From the human T2T-CHM13v2.0 reference genome, Homo sapiens, in assembly GCF_009914755.1 (NCBI RefSeq), contig NC_060935.1: 64,000 bases of DNA; one strand, 5' to 3'. A program made the translations under genes and the position numbers. Below, piece by piece: positions 26,921 to 39,800 of this stretch (position 1 is its first letter; the number at the start of each line of letters is the position of its first letter). The notes under the pieces were generated by a model. The model was not told the origin of the DNA and ran no database searches. It saw only the letters and a program-made list of their open reading frames with translations.

Positions 26921-29022
26921 GTGACATTTCCACTTCACTTTCCCATTCTATATGCTCTATTGTTGGGTTTGATCACATATTATTGTGAAGACCAAATGAG
27001 ATTCAGGTTGTTCTGGGTTTCCTACCCTGTAAAACTACATAGAAATGTTATTAGTTATTCATATTATTGCTTGCTTAAGTTGTTCTCTAATCGCTTTACA
27101 TATTTTACTTTGTTTCCTTGTAGCTATCAGTGTCCTTCCTTATTGCTTGGATATTTGAAGAATGTGAGGTACCACTTCTTGCTGCAAACAAGAAATTCAA
27201 GTACACACTGAATGTACATGTGGATGCTTGCACAGGTTGATTAGTGATGCCAGAGAGGGAATGAAAGGAGTCAGAAGATAGAGGAGAATAAGATCAGTTG
27301 GCATTTGATTTATCCAGGGAAGAGAAAAGTATGAAAGAAAAATGATTAGAAGTAGGTCTAGGAAAGTAAACAAGATGAACCTGGAGGGTTTTAGATTATT
27401 TAAGTAGGAAGTAGAGAAAATTTTTGAGAATGGCTTAGGCTTAAAAAGCTAGGAAATAAACTGGTCATTGGGTTTTAGATACGAATTTCCCTAAAATGTG
27501 AAATGAGTGTAGTATTTTTTCAGGAAGCTGGGCTTTCTCACACCATGCTGTTTGTCCTTTTGTATATAAATGTATCATTCACCCATCACTGCTGCTGTGG
27601 AAGTTCTAAGATGTGGGGAATAATAGAGTGATCAAAGCCTTAGCAACATCTAGGAACCAGAGAGAGGAGGCATTTCTCCTGGAGGTGTTATTGTCATTTG
27701 TCGTATCACCAAATGCACATCTACGGTGATTCGGGACCATTTTCCTGCCTTGATGAATGGAGTGGTCACCACTGTGTTGAAGATACAGCCATCAAAAGGC
27801 AGCTGAATTGTGCCTTCTTTCATGTGCACCCCTCTGGGCTACTCTTTTCTCAGTCGTGGGGGAGAAAACAGCACATCTGATTCCCCAGTAGTAGAAGGAG
27901 ATTTAGAATCTGGGAAGAGAGCAAATAACTAGCAGCTTAGGATGTCTGAGATTACTTTACATGTTAGTCTCAACCCATTGATTGTGTGTAGAAAGCTGTC
28001 AAGAATGAATATCTTACAGAATGGAAGCCAAGAGAGTCTAGGTGGTGGAGACAGCTGAATTCCTATGAATCTAAGGAGAAAATCCAGACTTTCTTCCTAA
28101 GCTGGATCAAGCTGGATGGTACCCCTACAATGTATATGTATAACTTGCAGATTTACATTTACATTCCCATGATCCTCACACTGTCCGCAGCTGGACTGTT
28201 AGCCCATGACTGAGAAGATATAAGGGAAAGTATTGAAAGGACTTCCAATGCCCAGTTTAAGGAGTAAACAAAGAGAGTATCACACACTTTGGTTTAGAAA
28301 TAACTTTGTATTTCATTCCACCTCCCAGTTGAATAATAATCTACTTGAGGGCAGGGATCAGGACCACTGAACTATAAAGAGAAAATTATAACCCGAGTCT
28401 GATCTGAGACTGAAAATACTTGTGTTCAAACTCAGCACTTTGCTATTTAATTGCAGTATGCTCTGCAAATGTACTTAATCTTAATCTATAAAATGTAAAA
28501 TTAACACATTTCATGGTTGTTTGGGTAAAGTATGATGATATCTGAGAACATTTTTGTAACCGTTGACTTACTTGTTTTTGTGTTTGAAACTCTGTTTCAC
28601 CTATAGCAACTTTAAAAATTAGTAAGAGTAACTTATTGTTTGCTTTGTGCTAGGCATTGCACTAAAGATGTCATATACATTCTCTACTCCTTGGAGTATC
28701 ATTTTGAAGTAGATAATATTTTTGTCCACATTTGACAGATGAGTAAATTGGGGCTTAAAAAATTAATGAATGAACCTAAGGTAGTGTAACTGCTGCATGA
28801 TGAAGCCAGGACTTAAATTTCCATCTGTCTCTTTAAAGCTTGAACCACCTTGGTCTCTCAACTCTAGCATCACAAGGAATGATTGGTTGGTATTCTTAAA
28901 GACCTGTGGTTAGATTTATAATAATCTGAGGGAGGAGCAGAAGTGTTGGGTGAGCAGATCTTTGTTTCTGCAAAGGTCACAGGCCAATATCTTTGGAGAC
29001 AAAGGCCTTTCATAGGGGGGTT

Positions 29023-29140
29023 CAGTTAACTTTGAATTTCAGATAAACAATATTTTTAAACTATATCTCATACAATATTTGGAATATACTTATACTAATA
29101 ATTATTTGTTATATTTTTATTTGCTAAATCTGGCAATGCC
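29023..29140. mobile_element. MER53-like palindromic DNA transposon, internally deleted
   Basis: tttgaatttcagataaacaa...atacttatactaa...atttgctaaatctggcaa. Confidence 0.75.
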
Positions 29141-29237
29141 AATACAGGAAATCATCAGCCCTAGAACGAAATAGAGTTTTCCAGAACCCCCCTCAGGGCT
29201 TGGCTGGAATCTGAGCAGTGATTCTGGAAGTGGGAGA

Positions 29238-29355
29238 GATGAAGGTCAGTGAGGCACAGTGATGAAGGTCAGCGGGGCACGGGGCACAGTGATGAAGGTC
29301 AGCGGGGCACAGTGATGAAGGTCAGCGGGGCACAGTGATGAAGGTCAATGGGGCA
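29238..29355. repeat. 23-bp minisatellite (GATGAAGGTCAGCGGGGCACAGT), 5 copies
   Basis: Units start at 29238, 29261 (with an extra GGGGCAC), 29291, 29314 and 29337 (partial). Confidence 0.95.
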
Positions 29356-31500
29356 AGCCTCCATTGGTCCTCAGGACATCCATATTCCAAGCCTTTCTCC
29401 ACCCTGTCTGGACAGGCTGCCACCTCCGCCTCCCTGCTGGCCATGTGGTTGCAGCAATATGCCCTTTGTGCCCAGGCTTTAGACCAGAATTGGTCAGAGT
29501 CATTGCAGCAAAAATGGGTGTCACCTTCAAGAACCAAAGATTTGGGCAGAGACATGGCCATGAAACAGGGTAATGTCTTACAACTGTCTATAGGAGCAGG
29601 GGGTGTGGAGATTATTTACATGTAAAAACTGAAAACCAATTCATCCATAGCTAATTTCAGCTCAGACCAGCAGGAAAATTGCTGTTCAAATTGGTATTTC
29701 TATTGCCAGGTTTATTGACAAACATGAAATAAAAAAGCCTCTTTGCTTTACGAATTTGTTGTAAACTTAAAAAAAGTAGAAAGGGGGTTTATATTCCCCA
29801 GTTGGTGGCATACTGGATTTTGACAGACCTTTTCTTTTGTTAAGTGTGAAAATGCTGTGGTTGTTGAGCCAGGATACAGCCCCATTCCATGAAGAGCAGT
29901 GTGGCTCTGGGTCTTTGGATAGAAACTTTCATCAGTGCATGCTTCGGTGCATTCTTCCCTCCTCCCAGGAGGCCTGTCCTCATTTCAAAGCTGGGGAAAG
30001 CAGGAGCCAGATAAGGGAAGTGACTTTCCCAAGGTCACAGACGGACAAATGTGCTAGCTGCTGGGCAGAGCAAAGCTCAAATCCTCTACAGCTGGGCCTG
30101 CACCACCTTCCCCCCACCATCCCCCAAACCTCCCCCGCAACCTGGCCAGGGAAGCCCAGGATGCCTAGACCAGCCCCTCAAAACAGTGGGCACTTTCCCG
30201 CCTCTCCTCACCAGTTCACAGCCACCTTATCGCCTGAAAGCCTGCTCCTCTTCTCCGTCACTGTTGTCTCCCAGCCCTTTCTCACTGGTGTTTGCAATCC
30301 TTCTCGGCTTCACTCAGTCTGAAATATGTAGGGATCATAACTTGTGGGTTCGTACAAGAAGCCAGCAGCCCTTCCATAATTGCCACTGACGTGGAAATAC
30401 AGGAGCAAATGAGTAGCGATTCATATGTCGCCGCATGAAAGAACAAAAACCTCTACCGAGGAATTAAAGTCATAAATATCCTACAGGGCTCCTACCTGTG
30501 AGCTTGTTCCTGACATCTGGAATGGCAGCTCACTGGAGCCACTCTGCTGTCAGCATCCTGCTCCACGCTGGCTGCAGTGAAGCTGTGAGAGCAGAAGGGA
30601 CCAAAAGGGGAAGTGCGGGGAGCCAGGCCTGAGGGTGGGGGACTTCCAAGGGAAACCTGGTGACAAACAGGTCACTTTCCCTTACCATGACCACAGCGAC
30701 TAAGAGGCCCAGACTCACTCACTCCCTCTTGGAGCCGCCCCGAAAGCCTGCCTGCCACAAGAGTTCCTGTCCTTGCGAGAGGCGGAGCAGCTTTGTGGCT
30801 GATCTCCCATCTGGTTGACAGGAATGACAGCTCAGAGTTGTGCTCCTGGAGGGGAAAGTGCTGAGGGCAGAGAAGAGGAAAGAAACTGCAGCTAGGGGTT
30901 GCCCACGCGGTCGTGGCAGGCTCTAACAGGCTGCAGAGATGAGGGAAGCAGGCAGGAAGCTCAGAAGAAAGCCAATCGATGACCCTTAGAAGGTGGGAAT
31001 TTTACTAATGGGGCTCTCTCTTGGCAGATGTTTACTATTTCTGGAGGTGGGAGGGATGCTGGCGGCGGGGATTGCATCCTATGCTGGAAGCAGCTGTTGA
31101 ATGTGATTCTGTCATTGTGGCAGGGATTCCCAGGCTTGGTGCTTTTTCCTGGGACCAACACTATTTGCTAAATGAAATGGATCCTTAGCTACTCATGACA
31201 ATTTGCCCAGTGTTTTTTTGTTTTGTTTTGTTTCATCGTTTCTGGCTACTGTTATGAAGTGAAAGCACAGTGTTTTCTAGGGGCCCTGAGTTGAGTACTA
31301 ATTGGATGGGTACTGACTGGAGACATTTCACCTTTGCTTACCCTGTATCTCTATCCATCGTTCAACAGGTGTGCTAGTATGATTGAGCTCCTGGATGCAG
31401 ACCAATTCTAGTAAGCCATTCCTCATAAGGATGGCCTTGGTGGTTGCTGGAAACTCTCATAGGCCCTTTGTGCCTTAGTTTTTTTATTGGAAAAATAGGA

Positions 31501-32158
<658 letters not shown>

Positions 32159-33835
32159 GCTGCACATCTTTTTGTGATTGCTAAAGTGAGTAAAGATCTG
32201 AGATTTGAGGTCTAAAGAGCTGTCTTCCTCCTGTCGTTTACCCAGACGAAAGCAGCTGAGCTTTTGTCTTCCTGGTTCTACATAAAATTGAGGTGGATGA
32301 AAATGAAGAAAATGGAAAGGAGTTCTTCCCTACAATAATTTAGGGATAGAATTGAAAATGCCATATTTTTATGTATAAACCAATTTTGAGATTCTATGAA
32401 AGGAAGATAAAAATAAACAGCAGGATTCAAGATAGATGCAGGCTATCCTGTTTTACATCAAGGCAAAAATGAGTAGGCATTAGTTCAAAACATCTCCCTA
32501 CTCCTGGCTGTCATGTAGCTTCCACTTTTAGGCCCCAGTGTGGGTGATGACCAGCAGAGGAAAGAAACTAGGGATTTTAAGTTGACCTACTCTGCAGGAA
32601 AGCCTAATGCTACAGCTGCCAAACTAGTTAAACATACCTGCCTTTTGACCTATTTGTGGCACCTCACCAAGACCTTGATATAGATGGACTCTTCTTTGCC
32701 TTAACATTTAAACATGTTGCTCTAACATTCCTTGAGTTTTCATCACTTTTAAGACATAGTGGTGCAGCTTGGTAAGAAAGAAAGAGTGTGGGCTTAGAAC
32801 AGTTTCAGCTCCACATCCTGACTTCCCTACCAGTAAACCATGTGACCTAAAGCAAACTTTCTTCTCTATGTCCCATGGTCTTACCTAAAAGTAAGGATAC
32901 TAATCCTCGCCTGCCGGTGTTGTGGAAGGGTAGGGGACCATGCCTTTGCTCAGCAGATCCTGGGCACTGAATTAATTTTTTTCCTGTGCTCCTTATTCCT
33001 GGAAGTTGTCAGCACATGCCACTGCTTCTGCTAAAGGAGAGAGCAAATAACGTGGCAATATAAGCTAATTGTGTGTTTATTTTTGTAAAGGAGGATGGCT
33101 GCTTTTAGACTCACCACTTCCAACTTACAACCCAAGATAGTATGTTCACTGAAGAAGCAAAGATACTGCATTTGACCAACTAGGCACCCAGGAAGTGAAT
33201 GAATAGTCATGCAAGTAAAACATCAAAGACTTGAAAAATTCTTCTAGGGGTTTTCTGTTCAGAGGTCCAATCTTTAGGATGTAAAAATTAAGTAAATAAG
33301 AAAATTATGTTTAAATCTTTTAAAATATTTTGTAAATTCCCATTAAAGATACTGTATCTAGGGGAGTATATATCATATCTTGCCATCTATGTGAAATAAT
33401 GGGATGGAAAGCCATATGTGTTTGCTTATATATGATGGACTGTTTCTGGAATGATTCAGAAGAAATTGGTAACTGGGTGACACCAGGAAGAAGAACTTAG
33501 TGTGAATCGGGAATCAGAGGAAACTATTTCACTGGGTGCTCTTTGGCCCTTTTGAATTTTGAACTACAAATGTATTGATTAGCTCTTCACAGTAAAAATA
33601 AAGAAAATTAAAACTTCAAGTAGAGATTGTATCTTGTGAAAATCAATGTACTTTCTGTTCATTTCTAAGAAGTTAAATATTTGTAAAACTATGCCATGGC
33701 AAATGTACTTCAAAAATACAATGTCGACTCTAGTTAATACCCAGAGAAAATCCCCTTATTTTGTACCCATTATTATGCTGTTATGCTGGATCACCAAGGA
33801 TTTAACTCTCAGAGTAGTCCTATTACCCCTGTGAA

Positions 33836-33838
<3 letters not shown>

Positions 33839-33878
<40 letters not shown>
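33839..33878. repeat. (TG)20 microsatellite
   Basis: Perfect run; likely polymorphic. Confidence 0.97.
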
Positions 33879-33883
<5 letters not shown>

Positions 33884-36800
33884 ACTTCCCTGGCTAGGGC
33901 TCAGCCCTAATGAGGCTGAAGTCTTGGGTCTGACCTGCAGATGACAAGTTAATTGCACTCTGTTCTGGGGGCACAGAGTGTGCCTTTCACCCTGATTAGC
34001 TGCTTGTGCATGTGGCCATTGGCCTTGCAGCTTGCAGTGGCAACCCTGGGTGCAAGCCTGATGAAATCCATACAAGTTCATCTCTGAGTAGAACGACAAG
34101 TGGGAGGTCAGGGGAGCGCCCACGTAAGGGTGGAGGCAATCTGGGTGAGGGTGGGGGAATATACGGGATACTTACAAACCAGCGCTCCCCTGCAGCAGGG
34201 ATAGGTCTGCCAATCCATTTTCTGCCCACTGCCCTCTTCTGTTCACACTCTTGACTCTTAAACTTTGTGGTTAGAGTTGGTGCAAGTGCTTAAGTGGGCT
34301 GGGATGGGGGTAGAGGTGTTGCAAAAATGCCTACCGAGCTTTATTGGAAGTTCTAACTAGATATCTGAACACATTTTGGGAGTCGGCAGGTCTGGGATTA
34401 ATTCCTCCTCTGCATTCTGCCTCAGATCAGCACTTGTGATATTTTAGACATGAGAAAGTTTTCAGAGTGTCATGCAGGGTGTGTGTATGTGCATGTGTGT
34501 GCATGCCAGGTGTGGGGCGTGTGTGTGGGAGATGCAGAATGTGAAGGCTGTGCCTCCCTTCTCAGTACTGAAAGTTTTCTAGATACCACTGAGGGTGGGA
34601 GTGGGCTGGGGAGAGGGGGTGGTTCTAGTCCCTGTCTAACCATATCTGTGCCCCCTACAAAGTCCCACATAAGAGTCCCAGGCTCGCATAGTGACAACTA
34701 GGTTGGAATCACAGTTTTAATAACATACACTTGTAAAACTTTATTTTTCTAGCCCTGCTCCCATGCTAACTGTTTCATTCACTAGGACTGGACAACCCTT
34801 GGACATAGGCTTAACTTTATTTTGCATATGAAGAAACTGGGGCCAGTCTCGAGAGTCTCCTTCAATATCAAGTCTTGAGACTCACACTATTTCTCATCTA
34901 TGAATAAGAGGTTTGGGGATATTTGGTATTTCTGCATCATGGTCTGATTCAGAAGCCAGGAAAACATGGTAAGTGTAGGGAGCTTGCTCACAGATTCAAT
35001 TATATTCCTTGAAGAACATTTTCACTGGAGCCTAGATTTAAGCCAAATTTGGGGCCAGTTCTCATTTCACCTGAAGTTAGTCCTAATAGTTACCTGTTAG
35101 TGTTCATTGGTGCTTACCTAGCAGGAAGTTATTGGTAAATATCATGTGTTTACCCAGTAATAACACACCCATGTGAATTACTAATTACACTCAGCAGGTG
35201 CAAAAGTCATTAACCACAACACATCCCTGGCACTGGGGGTAAAGGAGGCAGACCATGTTGTATTAATTTAGTAACTGCTTATTATTCACCCTATCTGAGG
35301 CTAGTTCCATCTCAGAACAATGAGAAAGAGCTGTGTGGTCCATCTGCTGAAGCCATTTGTCATTGCAAGTCAAGGACAGAGCTGGGCACGGGGCGGTGTG
35401 GGTGTGATTGGCCTCTCATTCTCCTTGTGTGAACTACGTGAACAGGCAGACCAGGGGGGATACTGGAGGTCTCAGGCCAGCCCTGGTGGCAGAAGAGCTG
35501 GCTTTAACAGCCATGTGGCCATGACCCATATGGGTCTGTCCTCAGCAAATTTAAAATCCTTAGGCTGGCCTCCCAATGCCCAGCATGTTCCTCAGCTGCT
35601 GTGTGCTCAGGGAATTGAAACTAATTTTCATATTAGCCCTAAGCAAAGCATAATTAGAAAGATAAATCTTCAGCAACTTTCTCCTACCCAGGCCTCTCCA
35701 CTGCCACCTCCCACCCCCGTCCCACCTCCCTGCCATCATGTATTATGAAGCCCGATATAAACGGCTTTGAGATTATCTGTAGCAACACTAAACACATTTG
35801 TTCAGCTAATTGAAAGTTGGTTGAAAGTCAGGCAGGGAGCAGTGGTGTGAGCCCTGTGAGGTGTCCTGCCTCCAAATGCTGGGAGGAGGAGACAGCTTGG
35901 TGGGGACCTTCCCCGCTCATTTCTTCAGATGCCCAGCCCTCACATCATTTGTTCCTGGAGCAGATGCTGGCTTATCATGGCCACAAGAACGTATAAAACC
36001 AATGGTGAGATATTTCTTGCATGGAATAAGGCTCCCTTAGATTTCAAATGTCCATCTTCATCTCTGGAAATAACTGTTCATCTTTCACAGCTTTATGTCA
36101 CTGCAGAGAGACTCTCCTTGTTTTTGCTTGGTCTCCTGAAGGAGGACACCAAGATGGCAGGCATGTGTCTGGCAACTTAAGGAAGGAGTGTCCATGGGGG
36201 AAATCAGATTGGCTTCCCCTGGGGGCAGGAACCATGGTCTGGAGTGATGGCCAGGAAGTGGGCTGCTGTCTACCCACCCACGGGTTAGGGAGAGCTGGGC
36301 TCTCTGTAGACATGAAGACAGCTAGATTCTCAATTAAGGAGAGAAAAGGGGCTTTATGATTTAGGGGGAACTTGGCCTGTGGACTGGATGACTGAGAACT
36401 TCCTGCTTTACTCTGTTGAAAATGGGCTTGGCTAATGATACTAGGCCATCTTGGATAGGAAGACCAAACTCTATTTCCTAGTTCTTCTTTATCTTTCTTC
36501 CAGGAACCAGCACGAGGTTGCCTTCTAATTCACGTGTCTCATCATTTCACTGAAGATGTATGGAACGCTTCCCCCTTTCAAAGTGTTAAGTACTTTGCTG
36601 TCAGCATCACCATCACAGCCTGCAAACTCGACACTAAAGAGAGAGAAGTGGAAAAGGCAAAGTAAGAACAAAAGCCAGCCACGTCACAGGGCTCAGAACT
36701 CGTCCTGACAGCTGGCCCCTCCCTCCCCAGGCCTGACATGAAAGGGTCCTTTCCAAGCTCGCTGGAGACTCTCTGACCCCCATTTCTTCCGGTCCTGAGC

Positions 36801-39800
36801 CCCAGCTATTGTGGTTTCCCTGCGGACACCTCACATATCACCGACAGCAGACCAGAATCCCGAGCCTTCTGTTCTTCACATATTTCCCACACCTTTTTTA
36901 CCCTACAACTGTCATCTTTGGCTTTCTTTAAAAATTTCTACTCTTTATATTACGAGGTGTTAAAAACAGGGAGGTGGGGGCGTGGATCTTAGCTCAATTA
37001 GGGAACTCTGGAGTCAGCTTTCTCCCGACAGCAACACCCCCATTCCTCACCCTGCCCCAAGATCAAGTTCTAAACCTGGAGCGTTCCACCAACCCGCTTG
37101 CCCTCATTCTCTGCGGTGCATACCCCCAGATCTCTCCTGTTAAGTCTCCCAGTTATCCCCAATTTCGTGATCTGTGGTTGGTGCTCTAAAGAAACAGGCA
37201 GGATCTCGCTAGCACCCTAATCTTGAAGCTCTGACTGCGTGGGTCAGGGAGCTCTGAGAAAGGAAAGCCTGTGCAGAAGGTTGAGGTAGAAGGAGGTGTG
37301 TGCATCGCAGCTTAATCCCCACTCTCTGGGCTGCAGGTGATTCTAAGGCACTCGCAAGTACACCACATATAGTACACGCACTCCTCCGTGCCTTTTCTCA
37401 GGCTCTTTCCTCTGCCTGGGATTTCTTTCTCTACTTTTTTTTTGTGGGGAGATATTCTTGGTTCTCATTCATGGATCATTCCGGTTAACCCCTTTTTTCA
37501 TGCTTTCCCCAGTGATCTTGAGGCTGACTTAATCCCTCTCTCCTGTGATTCCCTGTTGCCCTTAGCCATAGACAAAGCATGTGGGGACAGGGGGTGGTTC
37601 TTCCACTAGTTTGCAGGCTTGTCTGTGAGATCTGGTTCTCATTTATCTTAACATTCCTAGTGCCAAGAGTGATACCAAGACACAAAGTAGGTCCTGAATG
37701 AGGCCAGAGTGAATGTAACTCCCAAAGCAAGCCAGCACTTTCCAAGGGTCACCTTGACCTTTCTAAACACAGTCCCAGGGCTTTGTGGGAAGAGGACTGA
37801 CATCTATTAGTACCCACTATGTGCTAAACGCTGCGATAAGTCCCTTACACCTGTTCCTTCACTTAATTCTTAGAGTAAGTGAAATGGGCATTTTCATTCT
37901 TTTTAAGAGATGCAGAATTACTTACAGAGGTTAAGGTAGCTTAGGCTGAAAAATTGCAGATTTCCTATGCAAACCCACGTTTCTCTGGCTCTAAAGGATG
38001 TATGTTTTCCCAGCCTTTGCTGTCTCCTCAGGGAGCTGAGCAGGAAAAGAGTATTTCCTCTTCGCCAGGAGCACCCACTTCTGAGACCTACTTTGTTCCA
38101 GCTTCATGGGGATTTGTCCATCCCTTTTGCAGAGATTGATGGACCCTGCATGGGGGAGATCGGGTACATTCCCTTCCTTCAGGGTACCTCTTTTAAGTCT
38201 CTGATGTAAACAAACAATTTCTGACCAAATCCCAGTTTCTCTGTTATGCACTGTCTTCTATTTTCCGGCCACGTCTGCAATCGGTTGCATGGAGAAAGTC
38301 TGCCTGGCTCTGGAGTGGAAACTCCACGAATTCACTTTGAATGTGGGGAATTCACAATCGCTGCTTGAAAACAGTCCCTCTGAGCTGGCCCACCCTGCTT
38401 CTCTCTTGTTAAAATGCCACTTATTTGGCTTTTCAGCCATATACAGGTTTTATACGATCTATTATGTGGTGCTTTAATTACTGTTGTTTATTGATTATGA
38501 TTGTATTCGAATTTCCATGGATTGCCAAGAATGACTTGGCAAAGGGCACACAAAGACAATATTATAATATCATTACCAGGAAGGCAGTAGGCCTGGGTTA
38601 CAGTGTGAAAAGCTAAGTAGCAACTGAAGGGAAGGGACGGTCCTCCTGACTGGTGTGGCTGGCGTGTAATTGTGAGTCTGCAGTGGGTTGCTCATGGGGC
38701 CTTTGTTTGGAGTAAATGCTCCTAGAAGGAAGCAGCTGAGAATCTTCCCCAGTGTTGTGTAGCACTTGGTAGGACTTCAGTGAAATGTGCTGTACTTCCC
38801 GTACAAAAATAGCAGCCCGCTCTCAGTGTGTTTGCCAGCAATAATGATGCCTGTGCTGGGATCCGGCTATATATACCTTTTCACCGGATTCCCACTGTGA
38901 TCAGGGCCACAGATCCAGAGAAAGAAACTGTCCCACATGAGGACCATTGCTCTCCACTCATCAGCCTCATATTATAAGTGGCCACCAGCAGGCAGGGTTC
39001 ATTTACACTAAACCTCAATGCTCTGTGAAAGGGCTTTGCTAGAAGCTGTACTCGCTGGACCATCACAGCTCGCTTATTGGCCACTGATTTATTGAAATTT
39101 TCATAAACGCCCGTCCTGTGGTAGGTACTCCTCTCTCCCACCCGCCAACCTTAGTAGTTAGGGATAAGGAGTACATGGTCGTAGCTACAAGGAATTTAAA
39201 GATCTAGCGCCTATCTTCATGGAGCTCAGCATCTGGTGGGGGTAGACAGAAACCGAAAACAACAACGTCACCCAATAGGTGTTCAGGGTTTGACTTCATC
39301 ACCCTCTACACTCTGATAATACTAGGTCATTACCAAGTGGTCTGCATTCACGTTCGGAGCTGCAGAATCAAAATGTCAATGCATTCCCTGCCCCCAGAAT
39401 CACATATTTATTCTCAGAAAAGATGAGCTAAAAATCAGCTCTTTGAGGAAGGAGCCACTTCGCTTGCTCACAGTTCCAGTGGTTACTAGTCTCTGCCTTC
39501 AGTCAGAGAAGGCATCCTGCTTCTTCCTTCAGAACTTTGGGCTTTTTGGCAGAAAAGATACTGGAGGAAAAGTGTAGATCTGCCAGAATTGAATAAAAAC
39601 ATCGTCAGAGAGGACAGATAAAAGGGAACAGAGCAGCAGGTCCTAAATGGGCAGATAGGCAGCGCTATGAAGAGAGCCGCCTTCAGGGTAGTAGGTTGAG
39701 GACTGAGCAGAGGTCTGGGGTGGTGGGCATGGGGGGAGAGTCAGGGCACAGCCTTCTCCACGGAGAAATGGAGGAAGCCAGCCGTATGTGTGCAGGGTGG

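Noticed and set aside
29023-29140. miR-1302-type hairpin (MER53-derived family)
   Set aside because: Copy is internally deleted and diverged; arms pair poorly
29238-29355. CRISPR-like array
   Set aside because: No unique spacers, no cas genes, primate DNA; it is a minisatellite
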